Below are positions 36,281 to 47,980 of a stretch of DNA of 61,674 nucleotides, one piece after another. A program made the position numbers and the translations under genes. The notes under the pieces were generated by a model. It worked only from the letters and a program-made list of their open reading frames with translations. It did not search any database and had not been told where the DNA came from. Position 1 is the first letter of the stretch, and each line of letters opens with the position of its first letter. Source of the DNA: Octopus bimaculoides (lineage: Eukaryota); assembly GCF_001194135.2 (NCBI RefSeq), contig NC_068981.1:66519059-66580732 (forward strand), read 5' to 3'.

Positions 36281-38789
36281 AACTAAAGAATCATCTAGAC
36301 TCAGATGCACCTTGCTTTACTGGTTGTATCACATCCATTTGAATTAACATTATCTTTTTGCTGCCCTTCATATAAGCTGTCTCGTTTCATCACTGACTCT
36401 ATAAGACTGTTAGGCAAATGATAACCACCCTCTATATTTAAGTACTACAGTATGGTCTTTAGATATATCTGAAATAATACATTTGTGTGTTGCACCTTGT
36501 TTTGATATTAACTTATGGGCCATAGACCTGTTTGATTGGAACTAAACTGAATAACAGCAAGAGCATGACTCTCCAATTCTTTTACTATCGTCTAGTTCTT
36601 TCAATATTTTTTTCATTTCTGATAGCAGCAGCTACTCACTTTAGCTGTTTGTTCCATCACAGAAAACTTTCACCATATTCTGCTATGATCCTTTAAAAAT
36701 CTGGTAAACATTAGTAAGATTTTGGATTAGCAGAAATGTTGAGTATCAGAGTTTGATGCCCAGTAATATATAGGCACATTTCTTTTATGTTCTGAATTCA
36801 AATCCTGCTGAAGATTACTTTGCTGTTTATTCCTCCTTGGGTTGATGATGATAATAAAATTCATGTTATATACTAGAAGCAGTGGCCAGTATGCTCTACC
36901 ATCACTCCCTCCTAAACCACCTATCTTCACCCTGTTACACTCTCTGCCATCATAGTATTGCCTCTTTGGACTAATTCTTCCTGAACACCCTATCTATACC
37001 TTTCCCCTTCTGTCCATTATCATCTTGTCTCACTGTATACCATCATACTTTTGCTCCTTTTTTCTTACATATCCTTGGTCTCTGTCATTGTTCTGTCCCT
37101 TGGATCATGTTGCCTTCTTTGAATTGGTGAATCCAAGTCAAAGGTGTTGTGTAACAGATTCCACAGCCCTGGTGCCAAAGCTTGAAATCAATATTGTAAT
37201 CATTTACTTATTTCAATAAAAGAAGAGATCGTGTCAGACCCTGTCTCAAAACATTTTACATTAAATAAAAAGCAAAAATTGTGTAGAAAGCAAATGTAGT
37301 GCCTTATTAGACTAGATTTTGAGGAGGGGATGTAGTTGATTCTCAGAGTGCGCAAAAGTAAAGTCAGCTTTGGTAGAATACATATCCAGAACCACGAGAA
37401 ATGAAAATAACATTAGTAAAGTATTAACTTGTACATAAGCCCACTTACAAAAAAAAAAAATAAATAAATAAAAGGAATGCCAGTATAAATTAACTAGCTA
37501 AAAGTAAAAATGTGTAAAGGGAAATAACCTTTGTATACATTAATTTATGCCGCTTGTATTATTTTCAAATATTCTACCAGTTGAGGTTCTGTTAAATTGA
37601 TTTACCTTAGATTCACTACTGCAGGGCAAATAGCTTATGGGAAAAGGAAAAAGGAAAACGTGTATTTGTTATGGAGGAGATAGATGGCTCATTAGGGTAA
37701 AGGTGTTATTCAATGAGAGAAGTGGTAATCCCTTGCTGATTATTGGCTCTGTGGTGTGTCCATGGCCAAAACACTTGACCTTTAACTGCCCAGTCGAAAT
37801 AGTTGATAACTAAATACCACAGGATGGTGTAGTTTATTGCTGTAAGCAGTGATAGTGCTATAAAACTTAAATGTATTGCAGGTTTGCGATGCTATGGTTA
37901 TGATTATAGCTTTTTCTTGAAGGGAGATTAGGTATTTGGCTAGAAACCCATCACAAAACACAAATATTTCAGAAACCAATGATAAAAGTTGTGTCGGATC
38001 ATGTATATTTCAGAGTATTCTTTTAAATGATTGACAAGAATGATATGGGAGGCACAGAATGTGTTTAAAAGTTCATTGTTTTTTAATGCTTAGAAATTAT
38101 AGACTGAAATAAGTCTATTTCTTTACAAAAATTATTGAGAGTTCTTAATGAAAAGGCTTGAACCTTTTCAGATCACTACTCTCCTATTCAGTAGGGAATT
38201 ATTCTGTCCATAAACATTACTTAAAAAGAGGTAGGCTTGTTTACAGCAGGAAAAGCAGTGTGCATGAAAGTTTTGCAGGTCCTCTCAGATCAGAGAATGA
38301 GAGGAAGATGCTGATATTCTCAGGCAAGAAAATTGTTCAGATGCTTGCAACGGGGAACTTCACTAAAGGCTGCCAGATGGTGGTGTTAAATTTGGCTTCA
38401 GATTAAATCAACTACTTTGCAGTTGAGAGCTTTCTGCAGACATAATTATAACAGGATACATATTTTTCACCTTTTAACTAACTGCCCAGTGTCCATCTGG
38501 CATCATCATCTGCAGCTTTTTTGCTTTAAAGGCACGACTCTTTTCTCCTCTCTTTAATAAAGATGACAACATGTTTAACTCCTAAATCTTAGGTTACTAT
38601 AGTCTGATAACATTTGTGTTTGTTGGTGAACTTTGCAGAAAGTGTTACATAGAAATAATACAAATAAAACCTCTGATTTCTCCTCGCTTGGAGCAGATCA
38701 TGTTTTTCACCTTTCATGTAGAAATAACATACTCACTAGAGTATTTGATTTCAGTCGTTGCATGATGTTTTTCCTTGATTGTTTTTTGG

Positions 38790-38918
38790 TGACATTTCAA
38801 TTCCATTCCAAACTGCTGCTGAAGCAGTTATAGCCTTTGGCACGCTTAGTGTGGACAAAGAACCAAAACGTGGCAATGTGAGAAAAGAGATGAAGCTTCA
38901 GGACAATAAACTACTGGT
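38790..38918 (+). CDS. LAGE3: PCC1/LAGE3 (KEOPS/EKC subunit), internal coding exon
   Basis: (A)DISIPFQTAAEAVIAFGTLSVDKEPKRGNVRKEMKLQDNKLL(V) fits the Pcc1 pattern [IV]PF-x4-EA-x-IA-x3-L-x2-D-x-EP..K-x-L; 129 nt, phase 2/2, donor GT|GTAAGT at 38919. Confidence 0.85.
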
Positions 38919-39774
38919 GTAAGTACAGTTACGTATATATTCTTTAAGTTGTGCTTTATTCTTTTTGCTCATTACAATCAATTATTGGTTTTTATTTATA
39001 TACGAAGGGGTAGGTACATATTACTTGTGTATTGTGCATACATTCAGCTGGTTTTATTTATTTATTTATTGTGTTATTTTTGTGAAGAAAGATACCAAAA
39101 TTTCTTTGCAGCATAACAAAATGTTATTGAGGTGACATTATTTAACCATAAACTTAGTCATATCATTTAGATCATCTGAAATACCTAATACTTTGATTTT
39201 GTTTCGCACTTTGGTGGTTTGATGAGCTGGACAGTAGATTTGCTCTGAACAGATAATGAATAATTTCTAATTACCTAAGTTAAAGCTAGCAGTATGTATT
39301 GTTTTAAGGTGTACACACATACACGCACACATGTTTGTGTGTGTGTAGGGGTGCTTAAACACTTCTGTTTGCGGAATTCCAAGTTGTGCTATAGCATATA
39401 AATACATTTTAGAATATTTAGCTTCGCTGCAGTTTTTTCCCGCTTTGCAATGAAGTAGAGAAGTTGTATAATTTTTTTTTATTGGAATATAACAAGTAGG
39501 TATATGATATATGTATAATACAAAACTCTGATTAACAAATAGAAATACTAAAACGTTATTTCGCTCATAAGTTAAGGGGAAATAACTCCGTATCCCAACA
39601 GAAATTTAGTGTTACTGTACAAACACTGCATGTAACCTCATTTGTTTGCAGTTAATTTATGTTTTAAAACCATTAAATAGGATAATATATGCACAAATTT
39701 GAATATCTGCGAGGAATTCTTAGGTAACAATAAGGGTTACATTCAATTTGAATTCTATGATTAATAATTTAGGA

Positions 39775-40310
39775 GCTGGTTTGTCATGTCATGTGGATGA
39801 AAGAGGACAGTTGTAATGTGGATGAAAGAGAAGTGCTGATCTCTTGAAGTGGAGGGAAGTTGTAGAAGAGCGAGACCCAGGAAGACATGGGATGAAGTAT
39901 TGAAGACCGATTTCAAAACCCTGAACTTTAAGAAGGAGATGATTGAGGACCAAGGTATATGGCTCATTGCTGTACTCGAGAAGCCCCATCCAGCGCAAAG
40001 AATTGAGATCCTAATACCAAAGTGCTTCTTAAAAAGCATTGGTGTGGATACTGGTGTCACGTAAAAAGCTCTTTTGATGGTGCCACATAAAATACACTGG
40101 TGCTGGTGTCACATAAAGTCTCTGGTGATGGTGCCACGTAAAAAAACACCCAGTACACTCTGTGAAGTGGTTAGTGTTAGGAAGGGCATTCATCTGTAGA
40201 AACCGAGCCAAAAGAGACTATGGAACCTGGTGTGGTCCCTGGCCTTGCAAGTTCCTGTCAAGCCATCCAGCCCATGCCAGCATGGAAAATGGAAGTTAAA
40301 TTTTGATGAT
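39775..40310 (+). mobile_element. RTE LINE 3' fragment
   Basis: EGSCRRARPRKTWDEVL motif followed by the family 3' UTR and (GAT)n tail. Confidence 0.8.
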
Positions 40311-41009
40311 GTATAGTTTGAACAGAAATACTGCCAGGTTTGATTTCCGTTCTTGGTCAGAAAAATATGTAGCAAGCATACATCATTACCTCAGTTTGTG
40401 AGTTTATGTCTAAGTTAGAAATTACAAGTATTACAACATCAGCGATACGGTGGGAATATTTTCAATTGAGGTGAACCGTAACCTGTCATTAAAGAACTAA
40501 GTAGCCTCCCTTGTTTGTTTTACAATTATAAATCAAGTCTTGCTTTGAGGTCCTATTCCGATTTGCATATTATATGTTTGTTAAATGGTGAATGAAACCT
40601 GAGAAATGTAAATAAGTCTTAGTACGTCATGAGGTAGATGAATCAACCCTAAACAAAAATCGAACTTGTGACAACTCCTTATATAAAACATTAAAAAAAA
40701 TGAAAATGGAGACAGATTTGTGGAGGCAGTGTCCATAACCTCTGGACTTTCTAAGTTGGTGAATTTGATGAGATTGATATTTGGAGGAAAAATGTGAGTT
40801 GCTATTATAGAGAGGAAGGATTGGCTGAAGTTTGTTGAATTATTTTTACAGCAAACTTTACCTCGTATTTATTTTATGAATTGATGATTATCATTTATTG
40901 AATTGAAGTGGTGTTGATCGGAAAACAAGAAGGAAGTGGAAGTTGTATGCGTTTTTCATGTTATTTAGAATCTAAGAATTAGCTACATCCTGAAGTGATG
41001 TGATTTTCA

Positions 41010-41247
41010 GGTCGATCCGGTACCAGACAAGGATTCTGGATAACTTTTCCGGTATTTTTACGTAATTTTTGAGAGTGGTCGGGTTCTTCTTTAGTATTCA
41101 CGTTTGTGAGAGCAGTCGAGTTTATTTCAGATACCCTCATTTTAAAAATCATCTCCGGCTAATCGTTCAAAGGACGTTGGTGTTACCTTGGCAGGGGTTT
41201 GCGCTCTCTGAGTGCTCTTGTTTTAATAAGTGTATTTTAGAATTACA
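41010..41247 (+). repeat. Near-identical inverted copy of 42680-42917 (HINE 3' half plus flank)
   Basis: 238 bp matching by eye with about 2 differences; identity continues past the element end into the flank. Confidence 0.85.
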
Positions 41248-42704
41248 NNNNNNNNNNCCAAAGGAAATTAATTCTTGTGATACTGTTTGCTAATCAATTG
41301 AAGTTGGTCACTTGCATGTCATGCTTGCACACATCTTCGTATATCAGCTGCAGGCAACATTTAACTCTTGACCCAAAAGCCAGTTCACTATATTTCAAGT
41401 CTTGGTATACAACCGCTATTCCTGTGATGGATGTATCCAGTCCATATAAGTTGTTGTTGGTGTAGGAAAGTGAACAAAGAAAGAAATCTCCACCTTGGCA
41501 ACTATGTCATGCCGCAGATCCTCTTCTGCCATTGTATCCCATATATTCTTTGTAGATACCTTATATGAAATACATGAAGTTTGTCTTCTTGTGAAGAGTA
41601 TGTAATCCACACTTGCTGCCATACAAAAGTGTGCTGAGAACACACATATTGCACACTGCAACCTTGCTAAATGTTCTGAGCTATTTGTTTCCTTCCCATT
41701 TCTTTCTTAGTAAGCCTTGAGAATAGTTTCCAACGTGGTCAGCCATCTAAGTACTAACTAGGCTTGGTGTTACTTAACTTTAGTGATTGGATGAGAGCCA
41801 TGCCAGTGTCCCTGGACTGGCTCTTGTGTGGGTGGCACATAAANNNNNNNNNNNNNNNNNNNNNNNNNNNNNNNNNNNNNNNNNNNNNNNNNNNNNNNNN
41901 NNNNNNNNNNNNNNNNNNNNNNNNNNNNNNNNNNNNNNNNNNNNNNNNNNNNNNNNNNNNNNNNNNNNNNNNNNNNNNNNNNNNNNNNNNNNNNNNNNNN
42001 NNNNNNNNNNNNNNNNNNNNNNNNNNNNNNNNNNNNNNNNNNNNNNNNNNNNNNNNNNNNNNNNNNNNNNNNNNNNNNNNNNNNNNNNNNNNNNNNNNNN
42101 NNNNNNNNNNNNNNNNNNNNNNNNNNNNNNNNNNNNNNNNNNNNNNNNNNNNNNNNNNNNNNNNNNNNNNNNNNNNNNNNNNNNNNNNNNNNNNNNNNNN
42201 NNNNNNNNNNNNNNNNNNNNNNNNNNNNNNNNNNNNNNNNNNNNNNNNNNNNNNNNNNNNNNNNNNNNNNNNNNNNNNNNNNNNNNNNNNNNNNNNNNNN
42301 NNNNNNNNNNNNNNNNNNNNNNNNNNNNNNNNNNNNNNNNNNNNNNNNNNNNNNNNNNNNNNNNNNNNNNNNNNNNNNNNNNNNNNNNNNNNNNNNNNNN
42401 NNNNNNNNNNNNNNNNNNNNNNNNNNNNNNNNNNNNNNNNNNNNNNNNNNNNNNNNNNNNNNNNNNNNNNNNNNNNNNNNNNNNNNNNNNNNNNNNNNNN
42501 NNNNNNNNNNNNNNNNNNNNNNNNNNNNNNNNNNNNNNNNNNNNNNNNNNNNNNNNNNNNNNNNNNNNNNNNNNNNNNNNNNNNNNNNNNNNNNNNNNNN
42601 NNNNNNNNNNNNNNNNNNNNNNNNNGCTAGTCAAATAATAAAGTGAACTAGTGTGCCAAGAAGCAGATATTGATGGTATTGTAATTCTAAAATACACTTA
42701 TTAA

Positions 42705-43045
42705 AACAAGAGCACTCAGAGAGCGCAAACCCCTGCCAAGGTAACACCAACGTCCTTAGAACGATTAGCCGGAGATGATTTTTAAAATGAGGGTATCTGA
42801 AATAAACTCGACTGCTCTCACAAACGTGAATACTAAAGAAGAACCCGACCACTCTCAAAAATTACGTAAAAATACCGGAAAAGTAATCCAGAATCCTTGT
42901 CTGGTACCGGATCGACCCCAAAATCTAATCAGTTCGTGCCAGTCACGAGGCCAAACATCCCTGAAAATTTCATCCGAATCCATTCTGCGGTTCTTGAGAT
43001 ATCTTGCCCACACGGACAGACAAACAACACCTCTGCCTTCGCTAA
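42705..43045 (-). mobile_element. HINE/DINE-1-like non-autonomous element
   Basis: Same family as 33014 and 56455; 3' subTIR ccttggcaggggt and hairpin gcgctc-tct-gagtgc on the minus strand. Confidence 0.65.
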
Positions 43046-43389
43046 TTATAATTACAAAACTCGTTCAAATACTGCAGTATGGGGAAAAAAAAAATCCAAG
43101 TGTAAGGGAGATAACTTAATTTTCACTGAATGATTTGTTTCCCTTGAAAATTTGAAAAAAAGAAAAGAAATTTTTTCAAGACTAAGAAACCATTTTTGTT
43201 TGTTTTTGTTTTTAAAGATCGAAATTAATTAATTTCAATGAAGATATAATTAATCCAAAAAATGTTTCAACAAAATTAGTATTTATATATATATGTATAA
43301 GCCAAGTGAGACCATAACACGTGCTTATGCCAGATGTGTATAACCACTTATGAGTACTCTTCATTCATTGGACAAGACGTTGCCGATGA

Positions 43390-43875
43390 CTACCGCTTGA
43401 TTGACACTCGTGCCAGTGGGATGTTAAAAGCACCATCCAAGCGTGATCGTTGCCAGTACCGCTGACTGGCTCCCGTGCCAGTGATACGTAAAAAGCACCG
43501 TTCGAGCGTGATCATTGCCAGCGTCACCTCACTGGCTGATGTGCTGGTGGCACGTGAAAAAAAACATTCGAGCATGGTCGTTGCCAGTGCCGCCAGACTG
43601 GCTCCCATGCAGGTGACACGTAAAAAACACCTTTTGAGAGTGGTCGTTGCCAGTACCACCTGACTGGCCCTCATGCTGGTGGCACGTAAAAGCACCCACT
43701 GCACTCTCGGAGTGGTTGCCGTTAGGAAGGGCATCCAGCTGTAGAAAGTTTGCCAGATCAGATTGGAGCCTGGTGTAGCCTTCTGGCTTGCCAGTCCTCA
43801 GTCAAACCGTCCAACCCATGCTAGCATGGAAGGCGGACGTTAAGCGACGACAATGATGATGATGATGATGATGAA
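43390..43875 (+). mobile_element. RTE 3' UTR with ~60-bp tandem units and (GAT)n tail
   Basis: About five units of cgagc.tggtcgttgccagt.ccgc.tgactggc.c.cgtgc.ggtg.cacgtaaaaagcacc, then the family tail. Confidence 0.8.
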
Positions 43876-44429
43876 AGAGAGAACAACTTGTTTTAAATCT
43901 CTGAGTGTTAGATCTACATTAACAGAACCGGATAGTAATGTTTATATGCCAACAGAACGTGGCACTCCTATACAGGACAATGTTACTTTTGTTATAACCC
44001 CAGCTGTCTATTGACACACAGTCTGTGTCCTTATAGCATTTTCAAAGGAGGTCATTGCTCCCATCTCTGGCCTTACGTGGTCCTCACAGACCTACGTTTC
44101 TCCATGTTATCTGTTCTTAGTGTGAGTTAACCACAAGCTAGTGACGAAAGCTCTCTCCACTTGCAAATACTATATAGTAATGTTTATATGCCAACAGAAC
44201 ATGGCAGTCATATATACATACATACATATGTTTTCATATATTTGTATATATATATATATAGATTTGTCCAAAATCATGCAGGACGGAGTAGGAGAAAGAG
44301 TAGTTTAAGTGAAGGGAGAGGAGAGAAAATAGTAATTCAGTGAAGAAGTAGGGAGAGTAATAGCCCTGGCTGAGAGGGAGTGAGAGAAAGGAAGTGGTAA
44401 AGAGTGCATTGTGTATCTTCTGTTTTTCT

Positions 44430-45012
44430 CCATCACAACATATCAATGAGAAAGGAAGGGATGATAGATGAATAACGAAGGAAGGGGTGAAAAAAAAAAT
44501 CAACATCTCAACTCTGTGTAAGTATATGTGTGTGTATGTAAAAGGGAGGTATGTGTGTGTGTGTGTGTAATGGAAATGTTCAATGCTGAAAAGAAAAATC
44601 AAACAGCATTTCAACTCTGTTTGAATATATGCATGTGCATGTACAAGGGAAGTATGTGAATGTGTGTGAACATTGACAAGTGTATTAATTTGATTTACCG
44701 TCCATATCTTCTACTACAATAATACTCTTGTGTATTTCTCCGTCACAACATATGAATGAGAAAGGAAGGGGTGATGGCAAACTTGGTAGTAGGATGATGG
44801 AAGTTCTATGATGAAAAAAAAAAATCAAACAGCATTTCAACTCTGCATGAATATATATGTGTATATATAAAACGGAGTCATGTGAATGTGTGTGTGTGTG
44901 TGCGCAATGGAAGTGGGATGGTGAACATTCAACGCTGAAAAGAAAAATCAAACAGCGTTTCAACTCTGTGTGAGTGTATGTGTGTGTGTGTATGTACAAG
45001 GGAAGTATGTGA
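44430..45012. repeat. Complex local tandem duplication
   Basis: aaatcaaacagc.tttcaactctg recurs at ~44597, 44823 and 44946 (variant at 44497); c.tcacaacatat.aatgagaaaggaaggg recurs at ~44430 and 44740. Confidence 0.8.
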
Positions 45013-45108
45013 ATCTTTGTATCTGTGATTATTATGTACCTTATTTTGTACCTTATTTATACATAAAATACTACAATTAGCCATCATTTGTGACAGCACA
45101 GGGTCAGC

Positions 45109-45394
45109 TAGTTTATGTAATAATATATGCTTCATTTAATGCAACTAAACCTAAACAACTGACTGAAAAAAGACGGGCCAAACCACTGGGAACTGAACAT
45201 GACATTAATGCTTACATGGCTCCATAAGCACCCAATTCAGCCATGTAGCCCATTCATGAATTTGGCTGAATTAGGTGTATGGAGCCATGTAAGTATTGCT
45301 GTCGTGTTCAATTCCCAGTGGTTCGGCCCATCTTTTATCAGTCAATTGTTTAGGTTTAAGTTACTTTAAATGGAGCATATATTACTATATAAAT
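45109..45394. mobile_element. Imperfect ~285-bp palindrome (fold-back MITE-like)
   Basis: Arms 45109-45243 and 45263-45394 are reverse complements (e.g. cttacatggctccata / tatggagccatgtaag); 19-nt loop. Confidence 0.85.
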
Positions 45395-45494
45395 AATATA
45401 TAATTATAGTTATTATTAAAAAGGATCTATGTGTGTTGCTCTTCTTCATAATTTACAGCCTTTGGGTTTATTTACAAGTTTATAAATATATATA

Positions 45495-46225
45495 TAGTGT
45501 GCAGGTGTGACTATATGATAAGTTCCCAACTATATGGTTCAGGATTCTCTCCGACTGTATGGCACCTTGGGTAAGTGTCTTATACTATAGCCCCAGGTTG
45601 ACCAAAGTGGATTTGTGTATGTATTTGTCTCTCACCACTGCATGACAACCAGTTTCAGTATGTTTATTTCCCTGTAACTTAGTGGTTCATTAAAAGGAAC
45701 TGATAGAATATGTAGCAGGCTTAAAAAACCCCAAAAAGAAATAATTTGTTCAGTTAAGACTATTCAAGGTGGTGCCCCAGCATGGTCACAACCCAATGAC
45801 AGAAACAAGTAAAAGATAAATGACACATGTATACTCATAAATATGATATCTTTTGTCATTTATTTGTTTCAGTCATTTGACTGTGGCCAAGCTGGGGCAC
45901 CACTTTGAAGGGTTTTTAGTAGAACAAACCACCCAAACCTATTTTTTAAAAACCTATTACTTATTACATTGTTAATTTTTGTTGAACCACTAAGTTACAG
46001 GGACATAAACACACCAATACTAGTTGTCAAGTGGTAGTGGTGGGAAAACACAGAACCAAACACACACACACACATATATGACAGACTTCTTTCAGTTACC
46101 ATCTACCACATCCACTCACATGACTCTGGTTGGCCCTAGGCTATAGTAGAAGACGCATGCCCAAGGCACCATACAAAGGAACTGAACCTGGAACCATGTG
46201 GTTGAGAAGTAAGCTTCTTACTACA
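45495..46225. mobile_element. Two SINE family B copies tail-to-tail (45495-45820 +, 45855-46225 -)
   Basis: Family B head, body and tail motifs in opposite orientations. Confidence 0.7.
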
Positions 46226-46255
46226 CAACGACATGTAATATGTTTATATATATAT

Positions 46256-46742
46256 CTTCCACGGGTTCCCTCAACTGTTAAGTGCCACACCCTAACAGTT
46301 GAGGGAACCCGTGGAAGAGGTAGGCCCAGGAAGACCTGGGCTGAGGTGGTGAGGCAAGACCTTCGTACATTGGGCCTCACCGAGGCGATGACTACTGACC
46401 GAGACCTTTGGAAATGTGCTGTGCGTGAGAAGACCCAGCAAGCCAAGTAAGATCGTTGCCAGTGCCCCTGGACTAGCTTGTGCGGGTGGCACATAAAAGA
46501 CACCATTTCGAGCGTGGCCATTGCCAGTATCGCCTGACTGGCCTTCGTGCAGGTGACACGTAAAAGCACCTACTACACTCTCTGAGTGGTTGGCGTTAGG
46601 AAGGGCATCCAGCTGTAGAAACTCTGCCAAATTTAGATTGGAGCCTGGTGTTGCCATCCGGTTTCACCAGTCCTCAGTCAAATCGTCCAACCCATGCTAG
46701 CATGGAAAGCGGACGTTAAACGATGATGATGATGATGATGAT
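46256..46742 (+). mobile_element. Young 5'-truncated RTE LINE with 5' snap-back hairpin
   Basis: KCHTLTVEGTRGRGRPRKTWAEVVRQDL.. with CpGs retained; 25-bp perfect stem 46256-46280 / 46293-46317; (GAT)n tail. Confidence 0.88.
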
Positions 46743-46773
46743 GTATATATAATGTCTATATAAGTATTTATAA

Positions 46774-46809
<36 letters not shown>

Positions 46810-47354
46810 AGATGATATAAAATATATAACATAATATTAATGGATGTACCATCTGACTTGTTTACTTCAGAATTGAACAAAGGAATGTGCTACCCATTCT
46901 TAACATCTGCAGACTGAATAGCAAAATAAGTCTAACATCACGACATACACTTCCATCCCCATATAATTATCATTCCTTCCTCTCTTTCCATCACCTTCTC
47001 CGCCTCCCCACCAAATACATGCAGAAATACCCACATAACTCAATCAACCTTCGCACTGATCAAAAGAGATAGGCATCCCTCTGTTAAACATCTATTAATG
47101 TTATATCGCCTGAAGAAATGAATCCAGGAAGATAATCAACTTGATGTCCACAGATACTATGGACTACACTGTAATCATCTCAGAAATACAGGCTGTGATC
47201 TTAAGAGACATGTGAATTGTTGAAAAGCGCATAGTGATGCATTGAATGTTTATAAATTCCATCCAAGGATTTTTGTTATTATTACTAATATATATATAAC
47301 ATACATATATATATATGTAACATAATATATATACATATATATATATGTAACATA

Positions 47355-47980
47355 CTAAGTTCCCGCCGTTTTTTTAAAATTTAAAATTTTTAAAAGGTTT
47401 AATAGAAAATAAACTAATTAATCAATAATGTATTCACCTTTGTTGTTTACAACTTCTTCTCAACATTCAACAAGATTTTCAATACCATGTTGGTAGAAAT
47501 CACCGGATTTCGACTTGAAAAATTGATCCAACCAAGCTTTCAATTCCGTATCAGTATTGAACGAAACTCCGTGCATAGCATTTGAAAGAGATTGAAAGAG
47601 GTGGGAATTCGTTGGTGCCAAATCAGGACAGTACAGCGGGTGTAGCAGCACTTCATCGAACTCAACTGGATGGCCAGAATGAGGTGCGTCTTTGAGGTCA
47701 AAATTTCCATTTTTGAACTTGGCATAACAATCATGAGTGATTCTTTCAGCTATGGCACCCTTTCCATACACAACACAAATGTCATGAGCAGCTTTTGCGG
47801 ACTTAGAACCTTGATTAAAAGCGAAAAGAAGGAGGTGTCGAAAATGCTTGTTTTTCTTAACTTGACATTCCATTTTCATGATCTGAAAATAAACTAAAAT
47901 TAACTAGAAAAAAAAAAAATACAAACTAAATTCTAAAATGTTTCAAAAATAGCATTCTCGCAAAAAATAGATTCCAAAAT
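47355..47980 (-). mobile_element. Internally deleted mariner element
   Basis: N-terminal HFRHLLLFAFNQG..A..IC.VYGKGAI..FK.GNFDLKDAPHSGHP joined in frame to VLLHPLYCPDLAPTNSHLFQSL..GEYIID; the WVPHEL and first two catalytic Asp regions are absent. Confidence 0.85.

Larger units (their letters stand above)
32754..38789 (+). other. U12-type (minor spliceosome) intron, GT...GG termini
   Basis: 5' site GTATCCTTT; branch site TTTTCCTTGAT with branch A at 38778, 11 nt before the only frame-preserving nearby junction (tttgg|T GAC ATT). Confidence 0.72.

Noticed and set aside
38755-38789. Canonical AG acceptor at 38754 for the LAGE3 exon
   Set aside because: It gives TGA in the Pcc1 frame and does not match phase 2 of the upstream exon.
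41260-41660. Minus-strand coding-looking stretch
   Set aside because: Multiple stops in all frames and no motif I could assign; possibly an old LINE.
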